From the NCBI GenBank assembly GCA_024644945.1, contig JAHEGU010000010.1:4761-68760 (forward strand): 64,000 nt of DNA. Reading direction: 5' to 3'. Shown here one piece after another: positions 1 to 9,245 of the stretch. A program made the position numbers and the translations under genes. Positions within the stretch are counted from its first letter, which is position 1; each line of letters opens with the position of its first letter. The notes under the pieces were generated by a model. That model ran no database searches. It had not been told where the DNA came from and saw nothing but the letters and a program-made list of their open reading frames with translations. This DNA is from Gammaproteobacteria bacterium (GTDB taxonomy: Bacteria > Pseudomonadota > Gammaproteobacteria > Arenicellales > Poriferihabitantaceae).

Positions 1-505
1 TGTAAGCCGCCAGCGCTAGACGGGTATCGTAGTTAAACATCAACAACAGGTCTCGCATATATCGACCGCCCCCTTCCAGGCTCTGGGCCGGATTAAATCG
101 ATCAGTAACACCATATCGCCTCGCAGTTTCTGGCATCAACTGCATCAGCCCACTGGCGCCCTTAGGTGAAACGGCAGATGGATTGAACGAAGATTCAATG
201 TGGATAATTGCCTTGAGCAAAGCCGGCTCGAGTCCCAACTGTTTTGCCTTGGAAACAATAAGCGGATCATATTCTGAATCGCGAACCCGAAGCCCTCTGT
301 TGCTTGCTGACGGTCTTACCGCGGTGCCAAAATAATCGTCCGCATGATACTTCTGCAACAACCGATACCCCTTTAGTTCTGGTCGAGGATGATCAGTAAT
401 TAGCCTGTTACCTTTATCATTGACGTACACATAGATCGGTGCGGCGTGTGCCAAACCTGAAAATGCCAGCCACAAAGCCAATACAATAATTAGAAAATGG
501 TTCAT
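1..505 (-). CDS. Lytic transglycosylase (SLT domain), C-terminus cut by window edge
   Basis: Not in the ORF track because it runs off the window edge. My reverse-complement translation from ATG (505-503) gives MNHFLIIVLALWLAFSGLAHA (signal peptide). It continues to the SLT catalytic block IIHIESSFNPSAVSPKGASGLMQLMPETARRYG and stays open to position 1. Confidence 0.85.
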   Translation of the reverse strand, partial: MNHFLIIVLALWLAFSGLAHAAPIYVYVNDKGNRLITDHPRPELKGYRLLQKYHADDYFGTAVRPSASNRGLRVRDSEYDPLIVSKAKQLGLEPALLKAIIHIESSFNPSAVSPKGASGLMQLMPETARRYGVTDRFNPAQSLEGGGRYMRDLLLMFNYDTRLALAAY

Positions 506-643
506 ATAACAGAATTATATTATTGAAATAATTGGTATTATTTTCATATTACATCCGATCTGTCCTTATTCTACTGGACCCGACGTTCTGCGTCACCTGC
601 GATCGTTGACAATATATAAAGATATATTTATTTTTCATGTACT

Positions 644-1612
644 GTGGAACCTAATCTAAATCAACTTCTACTCGCGTTACGTGCCGCCGGTGAATCGACC
701 CGCCTTCGAATTCTGGCCGCACTCAAATACAGCGAACTAACGGTATCAGAACTCACAATGGTACTCGATCAGAGTCAACCCAGAGTTAGTCGCCACCTGA
801 AGCTGCTGTGCGACTCGGGCCTATTAGAAAGATACCAGGAAGGTGCATGGGTATTTCACCGAATTAGCGACCGTGAAGGCATTCGGGACATTGCCAGTGG
901 GTTGGTTCAAATGATTAACTTGAACGATCCGGAACTCGAGAGGGACCAACATAAATTAAAGGAGATCCGCAAAGAGAAAACACGCTTAGCTGCTTCTTAT
1001 TTTAGCCAACACGCCGCAGAATGGGATTCTATTCGAGAGCGAATGGTATCTGACGCCGATATCGAACACAGGCTGGTGGAACTGGTCCGGAATCGGGGAG
1101 TCGATCTGTTTCTCGACCTCGGAACCGGCACCGGAAGGATTCTCGAAATTCTCGCTCCGCACGTGCGTAAAGGAGTGGGTTACGATCTCAGCCGGGAGAT
1201 GCTCGGTGTCGCGCGCAGCAATCTAGAAAACGCTGGAGTTTCAAACTGCAGCGTCAGACGGAGCGATATTCATAGTATTGGATTGAAAGATAATTGCGCA
1301 GATGCCATCACCATCCATCAAGTACTCCACTATTGTGACAATCCGGAACAGGTAGTAAAAGAATCGACAAGACTCTTGCAGCCCGGAGGTCAATTGCTGA
1401 TCGTTGATTTCCTTCCTCACGACCTCGAGTTTCTGCGCGAACAACATGCACACCGTCGACTGGGATTCGCCAGTTCCACTCTCAAGAAGTGGTTCAGTCG
1501 ATACGGATTTAGTCGGGTTAAACATGAAGTCCTGGAGGCCCGTTCTTCGGCAAACCACGACCAAACTTTGACAGTGGGGCTTTGGAGCGCTGAACTGCAG
1601 GAGAACACCTAA
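644..1612 (+). CDS. ArsR/SmtB-family HTH regulator fused to a SAM-dependent methyltransferase
   Basis: The N-terminus has an ArsR-type winged HTH (ELTVSELTMVLDQSQPRVSRHLKLLCDSGLL). The C-terminal half has SAM motif I (FLDLGTGTGRILEIL) and a post-I/II region (LLQPGGQLLIVDF). GTG start. Confidence 0.85.
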   Translation: MEPNLNQLLLALRAAGESTRLRILAALKYSELTVSELTMVLDQSQPRVSRHLKLLCDSGLLERYQEGAWVFHRISDREGIRDIASGLVQMINLNDPELERDQHKLKEIRKEKTRLAASYFSQHAAEWDSIRERMVSDADIEHRLVELVRNRGVDLFLDLGTGTGRILEILAPHVRKGVGYDLSREMLGVARSNLENAGVSNCSVRRSDIHSIGLKDNCADAITIHQVLHYCDNPEQVVKESTRLLQPGGQLLIVDFLPHDLEFLREQHAHRRLGFASSTLKKWFSRYGFSRVKHEVLEARSSANHDQTLTVGLWSAELQENT

Positions 1613-1821
1613 GAATTCTCTTGATTTTCAATTGCTTTCAATATTTTTTGGCATTTTTACCAATAAATTTGGTGTAATATTAGAATCTTAATTATTGGTG
1701 AATGTCTAAAAAGATATTCGCACTTTACCAAGCAAGGAACATTCAAACTCAATTCTCGTGACCGAGTCTCATGACCATATAAGGCCGCGAGCGAAAATTG
1801 CATTAATGAGGTAAAACTAGC

Positions 1822-4095
1822 GTGCCAAGGGTACTCTCGAATCACTATTCTTCTTTCATTCATCACTTCAAAAGCAGGGGTTCGTTGATCTCCGCTATTG
1901 GAGGAAGTGCATCCGCGGAAAAATTTACAGGAAAAGCGCTTACGCTTGTTTCCGCAGGCCTGCTTTGCTTCGTCACAGCGCTTTATACGCTGTCTGTACC
2001 TGATGTTCGGGCCGAAATGGCCGTTCTTGGGGAAACTGCGGTACCGTCGAGCAACGCTAAACAACAGCGAACGCTCAAATTGATCAACTATCTGATCGAC
2101 AAATCTCACTACCGCACGGTGAATCTCGACGACACTTTCTCCGCCGAAGTTCTGGAGGCGTATCTGGATCAACTTGACCCAAGCAAAAGCTTTTTCCTGC
2201 AATCGGACATCGACCAATTCTCCAGACTTCAAACCGAATTCGATGATTTTATTCGAGAAGGAACCCTTAAGCCTGCATTTGCGATCTTCAGTATCTTTCG
2301 TACTCGGGTCGAGCAGCGAATTGAATTTGCACTCGACCGACTGACTATGGACTTTGATTTTACCCTCGAAGAAGCCTATCAGCTGGATCGAGAGGAGGCT
2401 AAATGGGCGAAAGATACAGTGGAACTGGATGATCTTTGGCGCAAACGAATTAAGAACGACATCCTGAGCCTTCGCCTGGCGGGCAAAGAAGAAAAAGAAA
2501 TATGGACCACACTTGACCGACGTTATACCCATATTGCACGGCGTACCAGACAGTTCAAATCAGAAGACGTGTTCCAGACCTTCGTAAACGCCTATGTGAA
2601 CTCTATAGAACCTCATACCAGCTACTTTTCCCCTCGTGAGAGCGAAAACTTTAAGATAAACATGCGCCTGTCATTAGAGGGAATCGGTGCAGTCCTGCAG
2701 ACTGACAACGAATACACATTGGTCAGGCGAATTGTGCCGGGCGGCCCGGCGGATATGGGTGGGATACTGAAGGCTGAGGATCGAATCCTTGGTGTTGGCC
2801 AGGGCAGCAGCGATATCGTCGACGTCATTGGTTGGCGACTCGATGACGTAGTTGAGTTGATCCGTGGCCCAAAGGCCTCGGTTGTCAGGCTGGAAATATT
2901 ACCGGGTGAATCCGGCCTTGAGAGCGACACTGAGATTATTGAAATTGTACGTGATGAAATCCGACTTGAAGAACAGGCCGCGCGAAAGAAAACCCTCGAT
3001 ATCACCACAGAAAACAGTAAGGCGAGAATTGGCCTGATTGAACTACCCTCTTTTTACGTGGATTTTGACGGCATGCACAGCGGTGATTCCGATTATAAAA
3101 GCACTACTCGTGACGTTCGAAAACTATTACTGGAGTTCAAATCGGAGGGTATTGATGGCCTGGTCATCGATCTGCGTGGAAATGGTGGAGGCGCACTGAC
3201 CGAAGCCATCGCACTCACTGGATTATTTATTCCTCAGGGACCTGTGGTGCAGGTGGAAAATTCCGGCGGCAATGTACAGATAGATAGAGACCCAGACCCG
3301 GAGATTATCTACGAAGGCCCACTCGTGGTGCTGGTGGATGGCTATAGTGCATCGGCTTCAGAAATATTCGCAGGCGCGATTCAAGACTATAGGCGAGGAT
3401 TTATTATTGGCGAACCTACCTTTGGCAAGGGCACGGTTCAGAACCTGGTTAATCTCAATCGGTTTGCCCGTAATGACGGCAATCTAGGTCAGCTCAAAGT
3501 TACTATTGCTCAATTTTTCAGAATTAACGGAGACAGCACCCAGTTTCGTGGTGTTACCCCGGACCTCATCTGGCCGACCTCTGATCCCGAATCTGAAATT
3601 GGCGAAAGATCTTACGACAATGCGATTCCCTGGCGCAAGATTACAAAGGCCAAATTTGAACAGTTTCAAAGTGGCCTTTCCGAAGACATTCTAGAGAGCG
3701 CGCGAGCACAACACGTTGAACGAATAAAAAACAATCCCGAGTTCCGTTACTACATGGAAGTCTCAGACATCAATCGGGAGCGGCGAGAAATAAAAACGGT
3801 GACACTGAATGAGGTGGCGCGCCGCAGTGAACGAGGAGTTCGTGATCAAGAACGGCTTGACCTTGAGAATCGTAAACGTGCTGCGATAGGTGAAGAGATT
3901 TTTGCCGATATAGACGCTCTGGAAGAGTTTGATAAAGCGGAGCAAAAACGCACCGAGAGCGATCAGCAACCCGATCCATTTGTCTTGGAGTCTGCGCGAA
4001 TCTTGGGGGATATTATTCATTTTGCAGGGCTCAATCAAAGCGCTGATAGCAACCTGGTAGAACGGTCAGAACCGGCGCAGTTGCTAAACAACTGA
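1822..4095 (+). CDS. prc: Tail-specific (C-terminal processing) periplasmic protease
   Basis: Collinear with E. coli Prc as I remember it: SLEGIGAVLQ (PDZ), GWRLDDVVELIRGPK, DLRGNGGGAL, SASASEIFAGA (catalytic Ser) and GEPTFGKGTVQ (Lys). The start is uncertain. The GTG at 1822 precedes about 35 aa before the signal-anchor KALTLVSAGLLCFVTALYTL, and there is no in-frame ATG nearer. Confidence 0.92.
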   Translation: MPRVLSNHYSSFIHHFKSRGSLISAIGGSASAEKFTGKALTLVSAGLLCFVTALYTLSVPDVRAEMAVLGETAVPSSNAKQQRTLKLINYLIDKSHYRTVNLDDTFSAEVLEAYLDQLDPSKSFFLQSDIDQFSRLQTEFDDFIREGTLKPAFAIFSIFRTRVEQRIEFALDRLTMDFDFTLEEAYQLDREEAKWAKDTVELDDLWRKRIKNDILSLRLAGKEEKEIWTTLDRRYTHIARRTRQFKSEDVFQTFVNAYVNSIEPHTSYFSPRESENFKINMRLSLEGIGAVLQTDNEYTLVRRIVPGGPADMGGILKAEDRILGVGQGSSDIVDVIGWRLDDVVELIRGPKASVVRLEILPGESGLESDTEIIEIVRDEIRLEEQAARKKTLDITTENSKARIGLIELPSFYVDFDGMHSGDSDYKSTTRDVRKLLLEFKSEGIDGLVIDLRGNGGGALTEAIALTGLFIPQGPVVQVENSGGNVQIDRDPDPEIIYEGPLVVLVDGYSASASEIFAGAIQDYRRGFIIGEPTFGKGTVQNLVNLNRFARNDGNLGQLKVTIAQFFRINGDSTQFRGVTPDLIWPTSDPESEIGERSYDNAIPWRKITKAKFEQFQSGLSEDILESARAQHVERIKNNPEFRYYMEVSDINRERREIKTVTLNEVARRSERGVRDQERLDLENRKRAAIGEEIFADIDALEEFDKAEQKRTESDQQPDPFVLESARILGDIIHFAGLNQSADSNLVERSEPAQLLNN

Positions 4096-4108
4096 CAACT
4101 CTCCAGTC

Positions 4109-4141
4109 GCAGGCTGACAGGATACTAGTCTGCATCTTTTG
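4109..4141 (+). terminator. Probable intrinsic terminator after prc
   Basis: GCAGGCT-N11-AGTCTGC imperfect hairpin (one mismatch) followed by ATCTTTTGG, 14 nt after the prc stop. Confidence 0.4.
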
Positions 4142-4188
4142 GTAATGTTAAACACAATAATTTCTGCGGCTACATCGGAACCAGCAGC

Positions 4189-5469
4189 TTGAGATTTTCT
4201 AACTTTTCCAGACAGTTCAATCCGGAAAGCGGGATTTTACAGTTGATGAATGATCTCGGTAATGCTGTGAATACTGAGTCCCAGTTACACATGTTAGGGG
4301 GTGGAAACCCGGCGACGATACCCGCTATGGAGCAGGTTTTCAGGCGTGAGATGAAGGCATTGATGAGTCGTGGTCGAGAATTCGAAAACATGATCGGCAA
4401 ATACGACTCACCGCAAGGAAACCGGATGTTTGCCGAAGCTTTGGCGACAATGCTGCAGCAGAATCTAGGATGGCCCGTAACACCATCGAACATTGCAATA
4501 ACAAATGGCAGCCAGGCTGGATTTGGCATTCTGTTTAACCTGTTTAGCGGTGCGTTTCCAGACGACAGCTTCAAGAAAATTCTATTACCAATGACTCCCG
4601 AGTACATTGGCTATGCTGATGTCGGAATCGGACAACAATCAATTTTCACCGCCAATCAACCACTGATTGAAAAGCGAGACGAGCTATTTTTTAAGTACAG
4701 GGTTGATTTCGAGCGCTTGGAAGTGAACGATGATATCGGTGCAGTTTGTATCTCGAGACCTACAAATCCTACGGGAAATGTTGTGACCGACAGCGAACTC
4801 AACAAGTTACTCCAACTGGTCGACAATAAAGGCATTCCTCTCATTTTGGATGGCGCTTATGGTCTGCCGTTTCCCGGCATTATTTTTACAGACGCGACGC
4901 CGGTCTGGGATACTAATATTATTCTCTGTCTTAGTCTCTCTAAACTAGGACTTCCCGGCACTAGAGCTGGAATTATTGTTGCTGCCGAACCACTGATAGA
5001 ACTGATTTCAGGATCTAATGCCATATTTACTCTGGCTCCCGGCCGTTTTGGTCCTGGTTTGATCACTAATATTATGGCCTCGGGAGAAATTCTTCATCTG
5101 TGCCAGAACATCGTCAAACCTTTCTACAAAAGCCGTTCAGATAATACAATTGGGTTGGTGGATCAGTTAATGTCGGATCTGCCGGTCAGGATTCATGTTT
5201 CTGAAGGCGCGATTTTTCTCTGGCTTTGGTTTGAAGGTTTACCGATATCCAGTGAAGAATTGTATCAACGGCTAAAAGCACGTGGCGTGCTGGTCATCGC
5301 CGGGCATCACTTTTTTCCTGGGCTCGAATCCTGCTGGCAGCATCGCAATGAGTGTATAAGAGTGAGCTATGCGGCTAGCGAAACTGATGTCACTAAAGGA
5401 ATGGAAATCATTGCGGATGAGGTTCGAATCGCCTATCTTAAAGGGGCTTCCAAAGTTAGTAACGCCTAA
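4189..5469 (+). CDS. avtA: Valine--pyruvate aminotransferase (class I/II PLP aminotransferase)
   Basis: The N-terminus MRFSNFSRQFNPESGILQLMNDLGNA...MLGGGNPATIP parallels E. coli AvtA (MTFSLFGDKF..SGITLLMEDL..MLGGGNPAQIP). PLP-lysine block LSLSKLGLPGTRAGI. TTG start. Confidence 0.85.
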   Translation: MRFSNFSRQFNPESGILQLMNDLGNAVNTESQLHMLGGGNPATIPAMEQVFRREMKALMSRGREFENMIGKYDSPQGNRMFAEALATMLQQNLGWPVTPSNIAITNGSQAGFGILFNLFSGAFPDDSFKKILLPMTPEYIGYADVGIGQQSIFTANQPLIEKRDELFFKYRVDFERLEVNDDIGAVCISRPTNPTGNVVTDSELNKLLQLVDNKGIPLILDGAYGLPFPGIIFTDATPVWDTNIILCLSLSKLGLPGTRAGIIVAAEPLIELISGSNAIFTLAPGRFGPGLITNIMASGEILHLCQNIVKPFYKSRSDNTIGLVDQLMSDLPVRIHVSEGAIFLWLWFEGLPISSEELYQRLKARGVLVIAGHHFFPGLESCWQHRNECIRVSYAASETDVTKGMEIIADEVRIAYLKGASKVSNA

Positions 5470-5501
5470 CTCGACCAATCACTAAATCCTGGGCAGGCTA
5501 G

Positions 5502-6698
5502 ATGGCAAAACCGCTGGTTATAGATAAACAAGAAGAGACCAAAATACCGTTCCTTCGTGGAATGCTTATAAAATCATTGCAGCGATCCGGCCTCGAGTTT
5601 GATGACGCATATAAGCTAGCCAGCGAAATTCGGGAAGATCTAGAGGATGTGGAAACGATCACAACCGAGAATCTGCGCAAGAGAATCATAGATGTCCTAA
5701 AGGCGCATCATCCTGACATAGTTCTCGGCCAGAACCTTAGAGACACCATCTACACGGAATTTATCGAGGTTACACGCGACGACGGTCACGCGGATCCATT
5801 CTCAAGAGGGGTATTTGTCAAACGACTGCTGAATGCAGGCATCCCTGCCGGGACCTGCAGCACCATTACCCGCCAGGTTCACAGTAGGCTGATCCGGGAA
5901 AAAATTCGAAAAATTTCTGTCGAGCAGCTGATTACTTACGCCTATGAATCCGTTAAAAATGTTGTAGGTCAAAAATCAGCGGATCATTATCTTATCTGGT
6001 GTGATTTCAATCGCTCAAATTTACCTTTGCTGATCTTGATCGGAGGGATTCCTGGAAGCGGAAAGAGTACTATTGCGACTGAACTCGCCAATCAGATGTC
6101 TATAATTCGGACACAATCGACCGACATGTTGCGGGAGGTTATGCGGGCTTTGATTCCTAAACGTCTGTCTCCGTCACTGCATGGCTCTTCTTTCAACGCT
6201 GGCAAGGCGCTGCATACACAGGCGTTCTATACAGCTAATAGATCCGATGCTTTGGTCAGCGGTTTTAAAATGCAAAGCGACATGGTTTCTGTAGCCTGCG
6301 AAGCGGTTCTCAAACGCGCAATCAATGAACGGGTTTCAATGATCCTGGAGGGTGTTCACCTGGGCCCCAACCTTTATCGCAAAATGGGAAAAGCAGACGC
6401 CATTGTAGTGCCGATTATGTTGAGTGTTTTAGATCAAAAGCGCTTAAAGCGGAATTTTAAGGGCCGTTCCAAGGACGCCGAAAAACGCGCTGCTAAACGC
6501 TACCTGGATAACTTTGATCTGATTTGGCAACTGCAGGCCGCAATCCTTTCAGATGCCGACACAGCTGATATTGAAATTGTCGATAATGTCAATATCGATG
6601 AGACTGTTTCAGATATTTGTAGAACCGTAACCGAAACCATGGCAGCCGACTATAATGGCAAAATTAAAACGCTAAGAGCGAAGTACACAATGAGCTAA
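5502..6698 (+). CDS. 2-phosphoglycerate-kinase-like protein: two ATP-cone-like repeats plus a P-loop kinase domain
   Basis: Two N-terminal repeats of the form PF(L/S)RG(M/V).(I/V)K.L...G (res ~16-70 and ~100-155). Walker A follows: LLILIGGIPGSGKSTIATELA. The architecture matches the archaeal 2-PGK (COG2074-type) family from memory. Function in bacteria is unknown. Confidence 0.6.
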   Translation: MAKPLVIDKQEETKIPFLRGMLIKSLQRSGLEFDDAYKLASEIREDLEDVETITTENLRKRIIDVLKAHHPDIVLGQNLRDTIYTEFIEVTRDDGHADPFSRGVFVKRLLNAGIPAGTCSTITRQVHSRLIREKIRKISVEQLITYAYESVKNVVGQKSADHYLIWCDFNRSNLPLLILIGGIPGSGKSTIATELANQMSIIRTQSTDMLREVMRALIPKRLSPSLHGSSFNAGKALHTQAFYTANRSDALVSGFKMQSDMVSVACEAVLKRAINERVSMILEGVHLGPNLYRKMGKADAIVVPIMLSVLDQKRLKRNFKGRSKDAEKRAAKRYLDNFDLIWQLQAAILSDADTADIEIVDNVNIDETVSDICRTVTETMAADYNGKIKTLRAKYTMS

Positions 6699-6848
6699 TA
6701 ATAGATCGCTTGGTTTCGATCATTACCGTTGCTTTATCTTGACCTCTATACCTGCCTGTTTCAGAGTGAATCTGCGGTTATATGTTGATAACCGTTGACC
6801 CGCTCTATCTTAATGACTGGTTGAGCTGCCCAGCAAATCTAGATACTT

Positions 6849-7856
6849 CTATTGTTGAAAACTAATCTGTTTTGCCAGATGCTGCACCGTTTCCGCAGGC
6901 ACTTCACCCATCACCGTAACCCAGTGATTTTCAATGTTATTACGGTAGGCATGCACAGCTCCCATTTTAGATAGCCCTGTGACCGTACTCTGACCATGCT
7001 TGGCCTTTTTCACAAAGACCGAAACCGAAGATAGGCCATCGGTAAACACCATATGCTCTTCTTCTTCCATTTCCATTGGCGTCATTCGGCGGATGTGTTT
7101 GGTCAACCGATAGCCTGCGGGTAGATCGATAACCTGCCATTGACCTTGACTCACATCTGCAGTCAGGTTTGGTCGGTCCATACCGTACCACACCAATTTG
7201 TCTTTGCTGGTAACTGACTCTAGCTCGCTATCCGCAATCTCGCGTCCAATTTCGATATCCACAAAAAGGTACTGTTCAACACTGTCACCGGCAGCATTTA
7301 TCAGGTCGGACCTGAGCAGTAAGCCGCTCTCCTCATCCGCCCACAGATGGTATCCATAACGATAGTTATCTCGAGGTAAAATCTTGATTTGCTTGGTCAT
7401 GCGATCAGCAACACGCAGCTTGCTACCGAGCTCAAATTGATAGTTTCGTTTCAGATCGTCAATATCTGTTGCAAGTATTCTTGGAAAACCACTTTCCGAA
7501 GTCTGACGATAGTCGTGGACCCCTACATTTTTATCGGGGATATAACACCATACGCGATCCATATCACGCACCACCTCACGAGCCTCACCGTTTAGCGCGT
7601 ACAATCTCTCCTGCATGACGCCGTCTTGCACACGCCTCACAACTGTCATCGCCTCGACTTGGTCATCGTGCACATAAACGAAATTCCCTGCGAAGCTCAG
7701 ATGGGCAGCAGCATCATTAATTTTCATCAGCCAGTCGGCGGCTTCCTCGGAGGCATATAAAACCCCTATACCGCTGTTTATCCAGATAATGAGGAGACCA
7801 CGGATTCCAAACTTGAAAATGATTTTCCGCAATCGGAAATGGGGCAATACACTCAT
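6849..7856 (-). CDS. rseB: Sigma-E regulatory protein RseB/MucB
   Basis: 335 aa with an N-terminal signal sequence. It lies immediately downstream of the rpoE-rseA pair. Size and position fit the MucB/RseB family. Confidence 0.85.
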   Translation of the reverse strand: MSVLPHFRLRKIIFKFGIRGLLIIWINSGIGVLYASEEAADWLMKINDAAAHLSFAGNFVYVHDDQVEAMTVVRRVQDGVMQERLYALNGEAREVVRDMDRVWCYIPDKNVGVHDYRQTSESGFPRILATDIDDLKRNYQFELGSKLRVADRMTKQIKILPRDNYRYGYHLWADEESGLLLRSDLINAAGDSVEQYLFVDIEIGREIADSELESVTSKDKLVWYGMDRPNLTADVSQGQWQVIDLPAGYRLTKHIRRMTPMEMEEEEHMVFTDGLSSVSVFVKKAKHGQSTVTGLSKMGAVHAYRNNIENHWVTVMGEVPAETVQHLAKQISFQQ

Positions 7857-7880
7857 GTAATCTGTATATGTACCCTGCGG

Positions 7881-8447
7881 CTAGTCGAGATTCTCATTGC
7901 TCACGAGTTTTGCATACGTTATCAGACCATTTAATCCAGAGGTCGCGGTAAACTCACCGTGCTCGACTAACATCTGGCCAAACTCGGTCTCAAATGCCTG
8001 CTGCTGAACAGATTCGCCCGGGACCGTTGAATCCACTTCTGGCAAACTATTCAGGGTATTTTTTGCTATTTCAGAACCATCCCGCTCAGCCATCGGGGCA
8101 CCAGGAGATAGGGTCAACACGGCCATAAGTGCGATCGACGCTGCAACCGCAAACATTCCTGCAGACTTCAAGGCCTCAGTATTTGAGGGGCGAACCACCT
8201 CTATATTATTCGTCACCGGCTCGGCGATGGGTGCCAACACTGTTGGCTCGGACTCAAGAGCCTGATGCACGCGGGCCACCATACAATTGCCTGTAGCGGT
8301 CACTTCTCCCCGAATAACATCACCAATCAAGTGATAATTCCGCCATTTTTCAAGGGCTCGACGGTCTGTTACAACCTGATCGATGAAGTCAACAAAGCCT
8401 TGGGACGTGACCCGCTGGTCAATTATTTCCGAAACAGTGTCTTTCAT
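7881..8447 (-). CDS. rseA: Anti-sigma-E factor RseA/MucA
   Basis: N-terminal anti-sigma motif WRNYHLIGDVIRGE, a central TM segment (MFAVAASIALMAVLTL), and a position between rpoE and rseB. The track ORF starts at GTG 8480. I prefer ATG 8447 (MKDTVSEIID...), which is preceded by AGGA. Confidence 0.8.
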   Translation of the reverse strand: MKDTVSEIIDQRVTSQGFVDFIDQVVTDRRALEKWRNYHLIGDVIRGEVTATGNCMVARVHQALESEPTVLAPIAEPVTNNIEVVRPSNTEALKSAGMFAVAASIALMAVLTLSPGAPMAERDGSEIAKNTLNSLPEVDSTVPGESVQQQAFETEFGQMLVEHGEFTATSGLNGLITYAKLVSNENLD

Positions 8448-8584
8448 AATCCTATAAATTAGTTGGTGCCGGTCACCCACCGGTCATGCAGTTAGTCCAC
8501 GTCATCGTTATTAAGTTCATAAACTTACTCAGTTTTCTCCAGATTTGAAGCCATATTCATTGTTTCTTGCATGCCCTACAAATT

Positions 8585-9160
8585 CTATTTCAGCGGTAGA
8601 TCCATGGCTTGTTCGATCGCCTCCCGTGCTCGGAATATGCGTGAGCGTACGGTTCCAATCGGACACTCCATTACTTCAGCAATATCCTCATAACTTAAGC
8701 CATCGAATTCACGCAATGTAATTGCCTGGCGAAGCTCATCAGGTAGTCGCTTGATAGCATTGCGAATAACGACCACCAATTCATCATTCTGCAATATGGC
8801 TTCTGGAGAATTCATTTCAGTCAACCCTCCCGCTATTCCAATCGCCGAAGACTCATCTAAATCCACATCCTGCGCCGGCGGTCTGCGACCGGTGCCAACC
8901 AGGTGATTCTTTGCAGTATTCACCGCAATTCTATACAACCAAGTATAAAAAGCGCTTTCCCCGCGAAAGTTGCCGATGGCGCGATAAGCTTTTATAAACG
9001 CTTCTTGAGTAACATCTTCCTGTTCGGAACGATCCTTGATAAAGCGGCTCACCAGATTCTGTATCTTGAACTGATATTTTGCGACCAGCAGATTGAACGC
9101 TTGCTTGTCTCCATTGCGCACCTGTTCAACCAGGACTTTGTCGTTAACCTCTTGCTCCAT
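8585..9160 (-). CDS. rpoE: ECF RNA polymerase sigma factor sigma-E (AlgU/RpoE)
   Basis: Region 2 is FYTWLYRIAVNTAKNH. Region 4 HTH is LSYEDIAEVMECPIGTVRSRIFRAREAI. 191 aa, followed by rseA-rseB. Confidence 0.95.
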   Translation of the reverse strand: MEQEVNDKVLVEQVRNGDKQAFNLLVAKYQFKIQNLVSRFIKDRSEQEDVTQEAFIKAYRAIGNFRGESAFYTWLYRIAVNTAKNHLVGTGRRPPAQDVDLDESSAIGIAGGLTEMNSPEAILQNDELVVVIRNAIKRLPDELRQAITLREFDGLSYEDIAEVMECPIGTVRSRIFRAREAIEQAMDLPLK

Positions 9161-9245
9161 GGCGAATTGGAATTAAACTTAAGCCTTTGTTTATTATCAG
9201 CTGGAGGTCAGTATAGTGGATGTTTTGGAAAACACAATCATGAAT

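Noticed and set aside
1657-2532. 291-aa ORF antisense to the prc 5' region and the upstream intergenic region.
   Set aside because: It fully overlaps a confidently identified gene on the other strand. The translation is Phe/Cys/Arg/Lys-rich with runs such as FFFFFF, which mirror the prc KEEKE codons. It has no recognisable motif. This is the typical shadow ORF of a real gene.
6775-6794. Hairpin CGGTTAT-ATGTTG-ATAACCG between the convergent 2-PGK-like gene and rseB.
   Set aside because: The 7-bp stem is AT-rich and has no flanking U- or A-tracts. This is insufficient to call a terminator.
9161-9245. I searched the 85 nt upstream of rpoE for the expected autoregulatory sigma-E promoter (GGAACTT-N16-TCAAA).
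   Set aside because: There is no convincing match in this interval. If present, the promoter probably lies within the recJ 3' coding region, which I could not evaluate reliably by eye.
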